Shown: in pieces, positions 9,645 through 18,415 of the stretch
Numbering within the stretch: position 1 is the stretch's first letter
Layout: every line of letters begins with the position of its first letter
NCBI RefSeq assembly: GCF_049706645.1
Contig: NZ_JBNAKP010000019.1
Span: 153-64,152, forward strand
Source: Methanosarcina sp.
Lineage (GTDB): Archaea > Halobacteriota > Methanosarcinia > Methanosarcinales > Methanosarcinaceae
Length of the DNA: 64,000 bases
Reading direction: 5' to 3'
Position numbers and translations under genes: made by a program
The notes under the pieces: generated by a model
The model's input: only the letters and a program-made list of their open reading frames with translations
What the model was told of the DNA's origin: nothing
Database searches by the model: none

Positions 9645-9759
9645 ATTTTTCACCTGAAAATTTTATTAACTTTATTCATTCTCTACATCATTTATTTGAT
9701 TTCTATACCTTCATTTCTTCGTAGGGTTATTTAGATCTTGTTTGTTTCAGTATTATTTT

Positions 9760-10812
9760 TTATGCAATCCTAAGTCCGAATGTATAACCTGAAATGGTTG
9801 CAATCAATATCACCAGGAAAATATAAGTCATTCCTTTTTTTATTCCCATTACCCTGTTGATTACAATCATACTCGGGAGGCTGAGTGCAGGGCCTGCAAG
9901 AAGCATGGCAAGAGAAGGGCCTCTTCCCATTCCAAGCAGGGTAAGCGCTTTGATGATAGGCACTTCTGTAAGAGTTGAGAAGTACATCAGCGCTCCTGTA
10001 ATAGATGCGACAAAGTTGGAAGCAAGGGAATTTCCTCCTACAAAATATGCTACAATCTCTTTTGGGAGCACTTCAACTATAATGCCTGCGAAAAATACAC
10101 CTATGAGGAGCAGAGGGGTAATTTGTTTGATCAGGAACCAGGTCTCTCCCATCCAGCTTTCAAGTTCCTCTTTTGAGAACCACTTAATAGACAGATATGC
10201 AGTAAGCGCTATCAGTGGTGTCCAGGCAATTATCTGATTTGTGTATTTCCAGCCCCAGGAGGACATGAATTCCGGCGCTACAAGAACTGCAATTAGCAAA
10301 ATAAAAAGCTGAACAGTATGTTTGTGCTCTTCTTCTCCAAAGGTTTTTATGGAACTGTGTTCCGCTCCTTTCCTTTCGTAAATCAGAGACATTGTCAGGC
10401 CTATAAACACTGAAAGAAGCACAGCCGAAAAGGCCCTTGCAGCTCCAAGGTCATATCCCAGGATTTTTGCGGTATAAACAACTGCAAGAATATTGATTGC
10501 AGGAGCAGAGAAAAGAAAAGTGGTTGCAGGGCCTATACCTGCTCCTCTTTTGTATATTCCCGCAAAAAGAGGAAGAGCCGTACAACTGCAGACTGCAAGA
10601 AGACAGCCTGAAGCCGCAGCTACGGTATATGAAATATATTTTGGGGTATCTGCGCCAAAGAACTTCAATACGGATTCTTTAGAAAAGAGGGAGGCTATTG
10701 CTCCAGCTAGAAGAAAGGCAGGTAGGAGGCACATCAGTACATGAAGGGCCAGATATTCCTGCAGCGACTGAAACCCAATCGATATTAGATATACAATGTA
10801 GTCCAGGGTCAT
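9760..10812 (-). CDS. Permease, ArsP/DUF318-like
   Basis: LAVCSCTALPLF, GAGIGPATTFLFSAPAIN, YFSTLTEVP, LLAGPALSLPS; usual partner of the thioredoxin and DGC genes in ars clusters. Confidence 0.85.
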   Translation of the reverse strand: MTLDYIVYLISIGFQSLQEYLALHVLMCLLPAFLLAGAIASLFSKESVLKFFGADTPKYISYTVAAASGCLLAVCSCTALPLFAGIYKRGAGIGPATTFLFSAPAINILAVVYTAKILGYDLGAARAFSAVLLSVFIGLTMSLIYERKGAEHSSIKTFGEEEHKHTVQLFILLIAVLVAPEFMSSWGWKYTNQIIAWTPLIALTAYLSIKWFSKEELESWMGETWFLIKQITPLLLIGVFFAGIIVEVLPKEIVAYFVGGNSLASNFVASITGALMYFSTLTEVPIIKALTLLGMGRGPSLAMLLAGPALSLPSMIVINRVMGIKKGMTYIFLVILIATISGYTFGLRIA

Positions 10813-10832
10813 TTTTCCAGATCCGGAATTCC

Positions 10833-10901
10833 TATTTCAAATATATTTGAAATAACTCTTCAACATATATATAAATTCCTGTTTCAAACGTATTTGAAAT
10901 A
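10833..10901 (-). promoter_or_regulatory. Permease promoter: TATA box flanked by two palindromic operators
   Basis: Perfect 22-bp palindrome TATTTCAAATATATTTGAAATA at 10833-10854; near copy TGTTTCAAACGTATTTGAAATA at 10880-10901; TTTATATA on the minus strand at 10868-10875. Confidence 0.7.
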
Positions 10902-11101
10902 ATTTTCTGGATCATATCCCATCATAAATCGTTCAATTTTATAATATCCAGATCCAGGCTAAAGTCCGGGACTGAAATTCAGGAATAATGTTCAAGGCTA
11001 TATATTATATATACTTCAAAAGGATCGATCGTTAATTTTAGTCAGGAGTATTCCTCCCATCAGTGTATTTATATATATATTTCTAGCAATGTTTGAAGAA
11101 T

Positions 11102-11479
11102 ATGGTTAAAATCGAATCCGAATGCATTTCCAGAAAGAGGTGCTTTCTGTATACCATTCTCCTGTTTATCCTTGCAGGCATTTTTGAGATAGGGGGAGGC
11201 TACCTTCTGTGGCTGTGGCTACGTGAAGGCAGGGAACTTATTTTTGCATTTTCAGGGGCAATTATCCTGTTTTTATACGGAATCGTGCCCACTTTCCAGC
11301 CGTCTTACTTCCACAGGATATATGCAACTTATGGTGGCATTTTTGTTGTTATGTCCCTTTTATGGGGCTGGATCTTCGATAAAATCCCTCCAGATACCTA
11401 CGATCTCATAGGCGCCCTGATTATTCTCATCGGAGTGTCAATTATTTACTACTGGCCGAGAGAGGATGATAATAAGTGA
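11102..11479 (+). CDS. YnfA/UPF0060 family 4-TM membrane protein, copy 1
   Basis: [20 protein letters not shown]; TATA (TTTATATA) at ~11068 suggests a near-leaderless start at ATG 11102. Confidence 0.88.
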   Translation: MVKIESECISRKRCFLYTILLFILAGIFEIGGGYLLWLWLREGRELIFAFSGAIILFLYGIVPTFQPSYFHRIYATYGGIFVVMSLLWGWIFDKIPPDTYDLIGALIILIGVSIIYYWPREDDNK

Positions 11480-11805
11480 TTGATCCTGCTATTTCTCTTG
11501 CTCTGTTTTTTCTGGCTGCCCTTTTTGAAATCGGAGGAGGCTACCTTGTCTGGCTCTGGTTAAGGGAAAATAAAGGGGCAGTCTTCGGGCTGCTCGGAGG
11601 ACTGATACTGGCGGTCTACGGGATAATCCCCACCTTCCAGCCCGCACATTTCGGCAGGGTTTATGCTGCCTACGGAGGAATCTTTATTGTTTCATCCCTG
11701 ATCTGGGGAGCCCTTGTCGATAAGAAAAACCCCGACAAATATGAGATAATAGGGGCATTGATCGCACTTGCAGGTGTGCTGATAATGTTCTATATGCCTC
11801 GCTAA
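11476..11805 (+). CDS. YnfA/UPF0060 family 4-TM membrane protein, copy 2
   Basis: [22 protein letters not shown]; GTG start overlaps the copy 1 stop (GTGA). Confidence 0.9.
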   Translation: MIDPAISLALFFLAALFEIGGGYLVWLWLRENKGAVFGLLGGLILAVYGIIPTFQPAHFGRVYAAYGGIFIVSSLIWGALVDKKNPDKYEIIGALIALAGVLIMFYMPR

Positions 11806-11906
11806 CGGGTCAGTGTACGGGAAAGGGCAAGAAGGAAAAGAGAAAAAGGTAGGAGGTCCAGGGTTTACCCCTAACTCTTTTTACTTAACTGAATAAACCT
11901 TTTTTC

Positions 11907-13121
11907 TCAATGAATTGTGTCGTAGGCACATTCGCCATGAAGAGAAATATCCAGGCCTACAAGCTGTTCTTCCTCTGTAACTTTCACCGGAGTTACTGCA
12001 TTTATCAACATCAGCATAATGTAGGTAAACACGAATGCATAGACAGAAGTAGCTGCAACAACCACGACTTCTTTGATAAAGAATGCAGTGCCGCCATAAA
12101 GCAGCCCGTCAGTTCCTGCCGGGTTTACGACAGTTGAAGCAAAGACTCCAAGGAGAATGGTCCCGGTAACGCCTCCAACTCCGTGTACACCCCATACATC
12201 AAGGGCATCATCCCATTCCATCTTGTTTTTAAGGTGTACTGCAAAGTAACAGACAATCGATCCGAGGATGCCCATCAGTGCAGCTACAGGCAAAGAAACA
12301 AGGCCAGCTGCAGGAGTAATTGTTGCAAGGCCTGCAACTGCTCCTGTCATAAGCCCGACAAATTTCGGTTTTCTCTCCCTGGACCATTCTATTATCATCC
12401 AGGTAATGGCTGCAAAAGAAGCTGCAATGTCGCTGTTCAGGAATGCGAGTGCGGTAATTCCGTCCACATTCAGTTCACTTCCGGCGTTAAAGCCGTACCA
12501 TCCGAACCAGAGAAGAGCAGTACCAATGGCCATTAAAGGAATACTGTTCGGTTTCGTTCTTCTGTACCTTCTTGAGCCTACATAAAAAACCGAAGCAAGG
12601 GCTGCAAATCCGGCTGTCGCATGGACTACGATTCCACCTGCAAAGTCAATAATTCCCATTTCTGCAAGCAGGCCGCCTCCCCAGACCATATGTACAAAAG
12701 GATAGTAAACAAAAAGCTGCCAGAGAACAAGGAAAATTATGTAAGCCTTAAACGTAACCCGGTTTGCAAAGGCTCCCGTAATCAGGGCCGGCGTGATAAT
12801 TGCAAACATCATCTGGTAAGCCACGAATACGAGTTCCGGGAATCCCGTATCTTTAAACATGGCAATTGGGGTAATTCCATTCAAAAACATCTTGTCCAGG
12901 TTTCCTATGATTGCACCTTCCCCGCCGCTGAAGCATAGAGAATACCCGACAATAAACCACAGAACGGTTGTCAAGCCCATAGAAACAAAACTCTGCATCA
13001 TAATTCCTAGAATGTTTCGCTTACAGGAGAGCCCCCCGTAAAAGAATGCCAGACCAGGAGTCATGAGCATTACAAGACTTGTCGCAAGCAGCATAAAGCC
13101 TGTTGAACCAGTATTTAACAT
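11907..13121 (-). CDS. amt: Ammonium transporter (stand-alone)
   Basis: LMTPGLAFFYGG, DFAGGIVVH, WFGWYGFN, DDALDVWGVHG; twin His intact. Confidence 0.95.
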   Translation of the reverse strand: MLNTGSTGFMLLATSLVMLMTPGLAFFYGGLSCKRNILGIMMQSFVSMGLTTVLWFIVGYSLCFSGGEGAIIGNLDKMFLNGITPIAMFKDTGFPELVFVAYQMMFAIITPALITGAFANRVTFKAYIIFLVLWQLFVYYPFVHMVWGGGLLAEMGIIDFAGGIVVHATAGFAALASVFYVGSRRYRRTKPNSIPLMAIGTALLWFGWYGFNAGSELNVDGITALAFLNSDIAASFAAITWMIIEWSRERKPKFVGLMTGAVAGLATITPAAGLVSLPVAALMGILGSIVCYFAVHLKNKMEWDDALDVWGVHGVGGVTGTILLGVFASTVVNPAGTDGLLYGGTAFFIKEVVVVAATSVYAFVFTYIMLMLINAVTPVKVTEEEQLVGLDISLHGECAYDTIH

Positions 13122-13648
13122 CTTTTCATCCCATCTACTTTTATATGATAACTAGGAAATCTCAAATATCTTACCTTTTTCCTATCTTATCGTACTTAAC
13201 TATTTCCACCCCTCATATTACTCGAAATATAATTTCCAGATAACTCTACGGGAAGAAACAATTAGAGATGGGGTTTCCCAATGCGGAAAAGTAGAAAACG
13301 CCGAATAAAAGAGGCATGAGATAATTAACGGCAGAAAACCCTGGTTTCATGGAAACGATCTTTTGCTATTCACAAAACTGAGCATTCTGCAAAAATTACG
13401 TTTTTTAAATTTACGCTTTAAGTCCTCTATCTTCCTGCACAGGAGAACGGCAGGATTGTGAAACATGCGGTTGCATACCCGCGATTGCGAAGTCAAGATG
13501 CCAGACAAGCCAGCAGACTCGATTAATTGGAGTTCGGCCCGAAAGCGTGTACGTTTTACTGGGTGCATAGGGAACTTAGAGAACTTTTGCCTCTATTGTT
13601 CCATATTACGGTAAAAACTAGAAAAGTACAGGTAAAGCTTGCCTGTAC

Positions 13649-14845
13649 TCAAATGTTATATGCAACCTCACCATGCTGTGTTTTGTCAAGTCCGATGTTT
13701 TCTTCACTCTCACTGACCTTAAGCCCTATCGTCCTGTTGAGTACAAACCCGATCACCAGGGTAAGGAGAGCGGCATAAGTCATTGTGAAGACAACACCCT
13801 CAAACTGGATCCACATCTGGCCGGCGTTTCCGGTAAGGAGTCCGGTAGCCGATCCCACGCTTGCATATACGCCCGTTAAAAGCGCACCTGTTATTCCGCC
13901 TACTCCGTGGACCCCAAATGCGTCCAGAGAGTCGTCATATCCGAACCTTCCTTTGAGTTCTACAGCTTTATAACATACGAAACTTGTGATAATACCTATA
14001 GGAATTGCTGCCATTGGCGTGACAAAACCCGCACCCGGGGTTATTGCAACAAGCCCTGCCAGGACTCCCGTTGCAAATCCAAGAGCAGTCGGGTGCCCCA
14101 GGTGGTGCCATTCAAGTGCCATCCAGACAAACCCTGCGGCTGCAGGAGCTATAAGCGTTGTAATGAATGCAAGAGCTGCGATCTCATTTGCAGCAAGGGA
14201 AGACCCTGCGTTGAATCCGAACCATCCAAACCAGAGCAGCCCGGTTCCAAGGAGCGTCAGAGTAACGTTATGCGGTTTTATTGCATCTACTCCATAGCCC
14301 CTTCTCTTGCCAAGGTAGGTTAAGATTGCAAGCGAGGAGATACCTGAAGTTATATGGACAACCGTGCCGCCTGCAAAGTCCAGAGCTTCTCCTGTCAGGA
14401 ACCCTCCGCCCCAGACCCAGTGGCAGACAGGTGCGTATACAAGAAGCCCCCACAGGGCAATGAACGCGATGTAAGATTTAAACTTTACACGTCCTACAAT
14501 TGCACCTGAAATCAGGGCAGGTGTAATTATCGCAAACATTCCCTGGAATGCAACAAATGCATAGGTCGGAATTGTGCCAGTTACCGAGTACGCGTCAATC
14601 CCGTTCAGGAACGCATATTCAAGACCACCCACAAACCAGTTGCCTTCTCCAAAAGCAAGCGAGTAACCTACTATCACCCATACCAGAGCCATTACTCCCA
14701 TTGCAACAAAGGAATGCATCATGCTGCTCAGGACGTTTTTACGCTGGACCAGCCCGCCGTAAAAGAGGGCAAGTCCGGGAACCATTAATAATACAAGTGC
14801 AGATGAAATCAGTACCCATACTGTATCTGCTGCTTCAATAGCCAT
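13649..14845 (-). CDS. amtB: Ammonium transporter in a glnK-amtB operon
   Basis: LMVPGLALFYGG, DFAGGTVVH, WFGWFGFN, DDSLDAFGVHG; likely start ATG 14845, 10 bp after the glnK stop. Confidence 0.95.
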   Translation of the reverse strand: MAIEAADTVWVLISSALVLLMVPGLALFYGGLVQRKNVLSSMMHSFVAMGVMALVWVIVGYSLAFGEGNWFVGGLEYAFLNGIDAYSVTGTIPTYAFVAFQGMFAIITPALISGAIVGRVKFKSYIAFIALWGLLVYAPVCHWVWGGGFLTGEALDFAGGTVVHITSGISSLAILTYLGKRRGYGVDAIKPHNVTLTLLGTGLLWFGWFGFNAGSSLAANEIAALAFITTLIAPAAAGFVWMALEWHHLGHPTALGFATGVLAGLVAITPGAGFVTPMAAIPIGIITSFVCYKAVELKGRFGYDDSLDAFGVHGVGGITGALLTGVYASVGSATGLLTGNAGQMWIQFEGVVFTMTYAALLTLVIGFVLNRTIGLKVSESEENIGLDKTQHGEVAYNI

Positions 14846-14855
14846 ATTTATCCCC

Positions 14856-15200
14856 TCAAATAGCATCAGGTCCGGCTTCGTTTGTCCGGATTCGTATTAC
14901 ATCCTCAATTGGCAGCACGAATATCTTGCCGCTTCCTACGTAACCGTCATTATCTCTTGCCCCTTTTTTTATTGCTTCAATTGTAGGCTGCAAGAAGTTA
15001 TCGTTAACTACGATCTCAAGCTTGATTTTCTCAAGAAGATTTGCTTCACGCCCCGCTGATTTGCGGGCTTCCAGATGCCCTTTTTGTGCACCATAACCGG
15101 CAACTGATGACACTGTTAATCCATTTACTTCGATCCTTTGAAGTTCCTGTTTAACCGCATCAAGCCTTTCTGGTCTTATCATTGCAATTATGTACTTCAT
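14856..15200 (-). CDS. glnK: PII nitrogen regulator GlnK
   Basis: MKYIIAMIRP, GYGAQKG, GSGKIFVLP, RIRTNE; directly upstream of amtB. Confidence 0.93.
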   Translation of the reverse strand: MKYIIAMIRPERLDAVKQELQRIEVNGLTVSSVAGYGAQKGHLEARKSAGREANLLEKIKLEIVVNDNFLQPTIEAIKKGARDNDGYVGSGKIFVLPIEDVIRIRTNEAGPDAI

Positions 15201-15204
15201 CGTG

Positions 15205-15246
15205 ACCACCAATCGGTATCCAGTATCCTACTTTATACTACTTAAA
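15205..15246 (-). promoter_or_regulatory. glnK promoter with candidate NrpR operator
   Basis: TTTAAGTA on the minus strand at 15239-15246; ACC-N7-GGT at 15205-15217 over the expected start site. ACC-N7-GGT is the motif recalled for the M. mazei NrpR regulon. Confidence 0.55.
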
Positions 15247-15389
15247 GATTTCTACCGGGGCATTGAATATTTGTCTAGTTAATAAAAACTGCTAAAGTAA
15301 ACGGAGCCTTTTCTTTTGTTACAGAGTCTGAAATAGGTTCTTCCGTTCCCAATGTGGTTAATATGGATATGTAAAAAAGGAAATCCGAA

Positions 15390-16349
15390 ATGACTGGTGT
15401 GACTTCTCTTTCTGTTTTCCGCGTTCCTGCAAGAGAGCTTTTATCCCCCAAAAACAAACTTAGAGTTATGTTCGGAGAAATTGGAAGCATAAGAAACGAG
15501 GCTGACGAGGTTTCCCTGCAAATTCTTGCTCTTTTCAGGGAGAGTGTCAGTGAGATCCACCTGAATGAGCCTGAATCCGTGTCGGATTATTTCAAGCCGG
15601 AATATTCTCATTATATTGTGGTACATACGCCCCTGGATATCCGGTTTCCTGAGAAAAGGGAAGAATGGAATATGCGTTTTTGCGGGAATGTCGGAGTTTC
15701 GGTTGTGGAATCTATAGTAGCTGAAACAGGCAGGATTTACGTAAGAGGGCTTATTGCAGTTAACGGGTCAAAGGTCTATGCTATCCTTCCTTTTATGACA
15801 ATCGATGCGGAAAAAGCGAAGCAAGCAACATTTCCTGAAGACCGCATGGCCCGTGTGCGGGCACAGGTGCTTCCTGCCGTGCTTCCTGACATAAAAGGGG
15901 AAACGATCCTGGATATTGGCAGCGGTTTCGGAAGCCTTACCCTGGAGCTTGCAAGGAACAATCCGGATTCAAAAGTTTACGGGATAGATCTTCATGATTC
16001 TCTTACAGGCCAGGCGCAGATGAATGCCGATATCCTTGGCGCGCCGAATGTTGAGTTCAGGACAGGAAGTGCCTATGCCCTGCCTTTTGAAGCCGGTTCG
16101 GCGGATATAGCTACCTGCTTTTTCATGCTTCATCACCTTGAAGACATTAAATTTGCCCTTTTTGAGATAAAAAGAGTGCTTAAAAACGGCGGCCTGTTGA
16201 TCGCAGTCGAACCGCTTGCCCAACAACACCATCACGGGCCTCAACTCTCGGAAGCCGGATGGCGAGGGCTTTTTGAAGATGTGGGCTTCGCAGTAGAGGT
16301 TGAGAGTGTGGAAGGGGCAGCGATCCTGAAAGCTGTAAAAAGAGAGTAA
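15390..16349 (+). CDS. Class I SAM-dependent methyltransferase with a degenerate TrmO/TsaA-like N-terminal domain
   Basis: C-terminal ILDIGSGFG motif I, YGIDL, GSAYALPF, LHH, RVLKNGG. N-terminus resembles TrmO (SHYIVVH, VGVSVV, RIYVRGL...NGSKVYAILPF). Confidence 0.75.
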   Translation: MTGVTSLSVFRVPARELLSPKNKLRVMFGEIGSIRNEADEVSLQILALFRESVSEIHLNEPESVSDYFKPEYSHYIVVHTPLDIRFPEKREEWNMRFCGNVGVSVVESIVAETGRIYVRGLIAVNGSKVYAILPFMTIDAEKAKQATFPEDRMARVRAQVLPAVLPDIKGETILDIGSGFGSLTLELARNNPDSKVYGIDLHDSLTGQAQMNADILGAPNVEFRTGSAYALPFEAGSADIATCFFMLHHLEDIKFALFEIKRVLKNGGLLIAVEPLAQQHHHGPQLSEAGWRGLFEDVGFAVEVESVEGAAILKAVKRE

Positions 16350-16379
16350 TCTGGAAATGTAATATAGAAAATCAGGGTA

Positions 16380-16410
16380 GAAGCTTCCTTTTTGTCGGAA
16401 AGGAAACTTC
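16380..16410. terminator. Hairpin between the convergent methyltransferase and modC genes
   Basis: GAAGCTTCCTTT / AAAGGAAACTTC stem with one mismatch. Confidence 0.5.
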
Positions 16411-16455
16411 CCTTGCTTAAAACAACATCTCACATAAAACAGGATCATAAGCGAA

Positions 16456-17586
16456 TTAGAATACAATCATATCCGAAGTCCTGATCCTTACCATGCATTC
16501 GTCTCCTTTTCCTATTTTTAACGAGTCGAAGATATGGTTTGCAATCTCAATATTCAGGACGGACTCGCTGCCTTTTAATTTCAGGGACATTATCCTGCTT
16601 GCGCCCTTGTTCACCACATTCCTTATCACGCCGCCAAGCAGGTTCTTTTGGTCTTCCTTCCGGATTGTATGGGCAACGGAACTGTCTACAAGTTCGATAT
16701 TTTCAGGCCTGATTCCCCAGCTAACTTTATCTCCTGCCATGCGCCTGATATAGGGAGCGGTAATTTCCGTACCCAGGGACCAGAGGAAAGTACACTCGCC
16801 TCCGTGCCCGTGCCCTTCTACCACGGCATCGTCAAAGAGGTTTGAGAAACCCACAAGTTCGGCTACATAACGGGTTTTCGGGTGGTAGAATATATCCTCA
16901 GGTGAGCCAAGTTGCTGTACCCTGCCATTATCGAAAACTACCATCCTGTCTGCCATAGTAAAGGCTTCGACAGGGTCATGGGTAATGAAGATTACTGGAA
17001 TTCCCAGTTTATTCTGGATTGCTTGAAGCTCTTTTCTCAATTTCAGACGGACGACTGTGTCGAGAGCTGAAAAAGGCTCGTCAAGGAGCAGGACTTCCGG
17101 ATCGGGAGCAAGGGCTCTTGCAAGTGCAACTTTCTGCTTCTGGCCGCCGGAAAGTTCATCGGGATATGCAAACTCAAGTTCTTCTATTCCCACAAGGTCA
17201 AGCATCTCGTTTACTCTTTCGACTTTTGTAGAATAATTCAGACCTTTGAGCCCGAACTCTATATTCTGCCGAACATTCATATGCGGAAAAAGGGCATTTT
17301 CCTGGAACATGTACCCTATTTTCCGTTTCTGGGCAGGGAGGTTTATTTTCTTTCTACTGTCAAAGTATACAGTATTGTTTACTTTTATAGTCCCTGCATC
17401 CGGGTTTTCAAGCCCTGCAATGCAGCGGAGAGATGTGGTTTTTCCTGAACCTGAACAGCCGAACAGGACCACAAAATCGGAACCGGCATCAAAGCTACAG
17501 TGCACTGAAAAGCTGGGATTTTTCCCTTTCTTTTTTGTGTGTTTTCTTCCGTAAAATTCCTTTTCAATGTCAACTTCAACAGGCAT
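16456..17586 (-). CDS. modC: Molybdate ABC transporter ATP-binding subunit
   Basis: Walker A GCSGSGKTT, LSGGQKQ, LLLDEPFSALD, FITHD; TOBE-like C-terminus. Confidence 0.92.
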   Translation of the reverse strand: MPVEVDIEKEFYGRKHTKKKGKNPSFSVHCSFDAGSDFVVLFGCSGSGKTTSLRCIAGLENPDAGTIKVNNTVYFDSRKKINLPAQKRKIGYMFQENALFPHMNVRQNIEFGLKGLNYSTKVERVNEMLDLVGIEELEFAYPDELSGGQKQKVALARALAPDPEVLLLDEPFSALDTVVRLKLRKELQAIQNKLGIPVIFITHDPVEAFTMADRMVVFDNGRVQQLGSPEDIFYHPKTRYVAELVGFSNLFDDAVVEGHGHGGECTFLWSLGTEITAPYIRRMAGDKVSWGIRPENIELVDSSVAHTIRKEDQKNLLGGVIRNVVNKGASRIMSLKLKGSESVLNIEIANHIFDSLKIGKGDECMVRIRTSDMIVF

Positions 17587-17614
17587 TCCTTACTCTCACC
17601 TTAAAGTTTCTTTT

Positions 17615-18280
17615 TTATCGTTCTCCCAGTTTGCTGGTAGCTGCAATAGTTATGAGGGAGATGACAACCAGGACAAGCACAAGCATGTTTGCAAGTTCGT
17701 TATTTCCTGTCTGGTATGCCCCGTAAATGGAAAGAGGCATGGTACTGGTTTTTCCCTGGATATTTCCTGCGACCATCAGGGTCGCTCCGAACTCTCCGAC
17801 AGCCCTTGCAAAGCTCAGGACGCAGCCTGCAATAATGCCTTTTTTTGCAAGGGGAAGCGTTATGAAGAGCGCAGTTTCGAATTCATTTCTCCCAAGAATA
17901 CGGGCTGCTTCCTCAACACTCCTGTCCACTGCCCCGATGGCCGAGGTGGTGGTCTTTACCATCAGAGGCAAAGAGACTACAAAAGCTGCAATGGCTGCTG
18001 CCTGCCAGGTAAAGAGTATCCCGTTTCCGGTAATTCTGGTGAAGATGCTTCCCAGCATTCCGTTTTTTCCCAGCAGGATAACAAGGATATACCCGGTTAC
18101 AGTCGGGGGAAGAACCATAGGCAGAGTAATCATAACGTCAGCTGCCCATTTTCCGGGGAACTCCCTTTTTGCCAGCATATAAGCAATTAAAATTCCCAGC
18201 ACCGCCACAAAGAGGGTTGCAATGGCTGAAATCTTGAGGGTCAGTAAAAGTGGGGTCGCGATTAATTGAAAGTTTTCCAT
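17615..18280 (-). CDS. modB: Molybdate ABC transporter permease
   Basis: LPMVLPPTVTGY, EEAARILG, SFARAVGEFGATLMVAGNI. Confidence 0.94.
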   Translation of the reverse strand: MENFQLIATPLLLTLKISAIATLFVAVLGILIAYMLAKREFPGKWAADVMITLPMVLPPTVTGYILVILLGKNGMLGSIFTRITGNGILFTWQAAAIAAFVVSLPLMVKTTTSAIGAVDRSVEEAARILGRNEFETALFITLPLAKKGIIAGCVLSFARAVGEFGATLMVAGNIQGKTSTMPLSIYGAYQTGNNELANMLVLVLVVISLITIAATSKLGER

Positions 18281-18415
18281 TAAATCCCTCTTTTTTATGC
18301 TATTTTTTTGGTCCTGAGAATTTTAGAGCTTTTTTATCAATTAAAGCTCTTTTCGGTTTCTGTTTTTCATTTTATGCTTTGTTTCTGGTTCGGAGTTCCC
18401 TAGTTAAGGGAAATA

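Noticed and set aside
13347-13568. 73-aa ORF between the two amt genes
   Set aside because: No RBS, motif or plausible composition; more likely spacer or leader.
15390-16349. Arsenite methyltransferase ArsM
   Set aside because: Lacks the conserved ArsM cysteine set and has an unrelated N-terminal domain.
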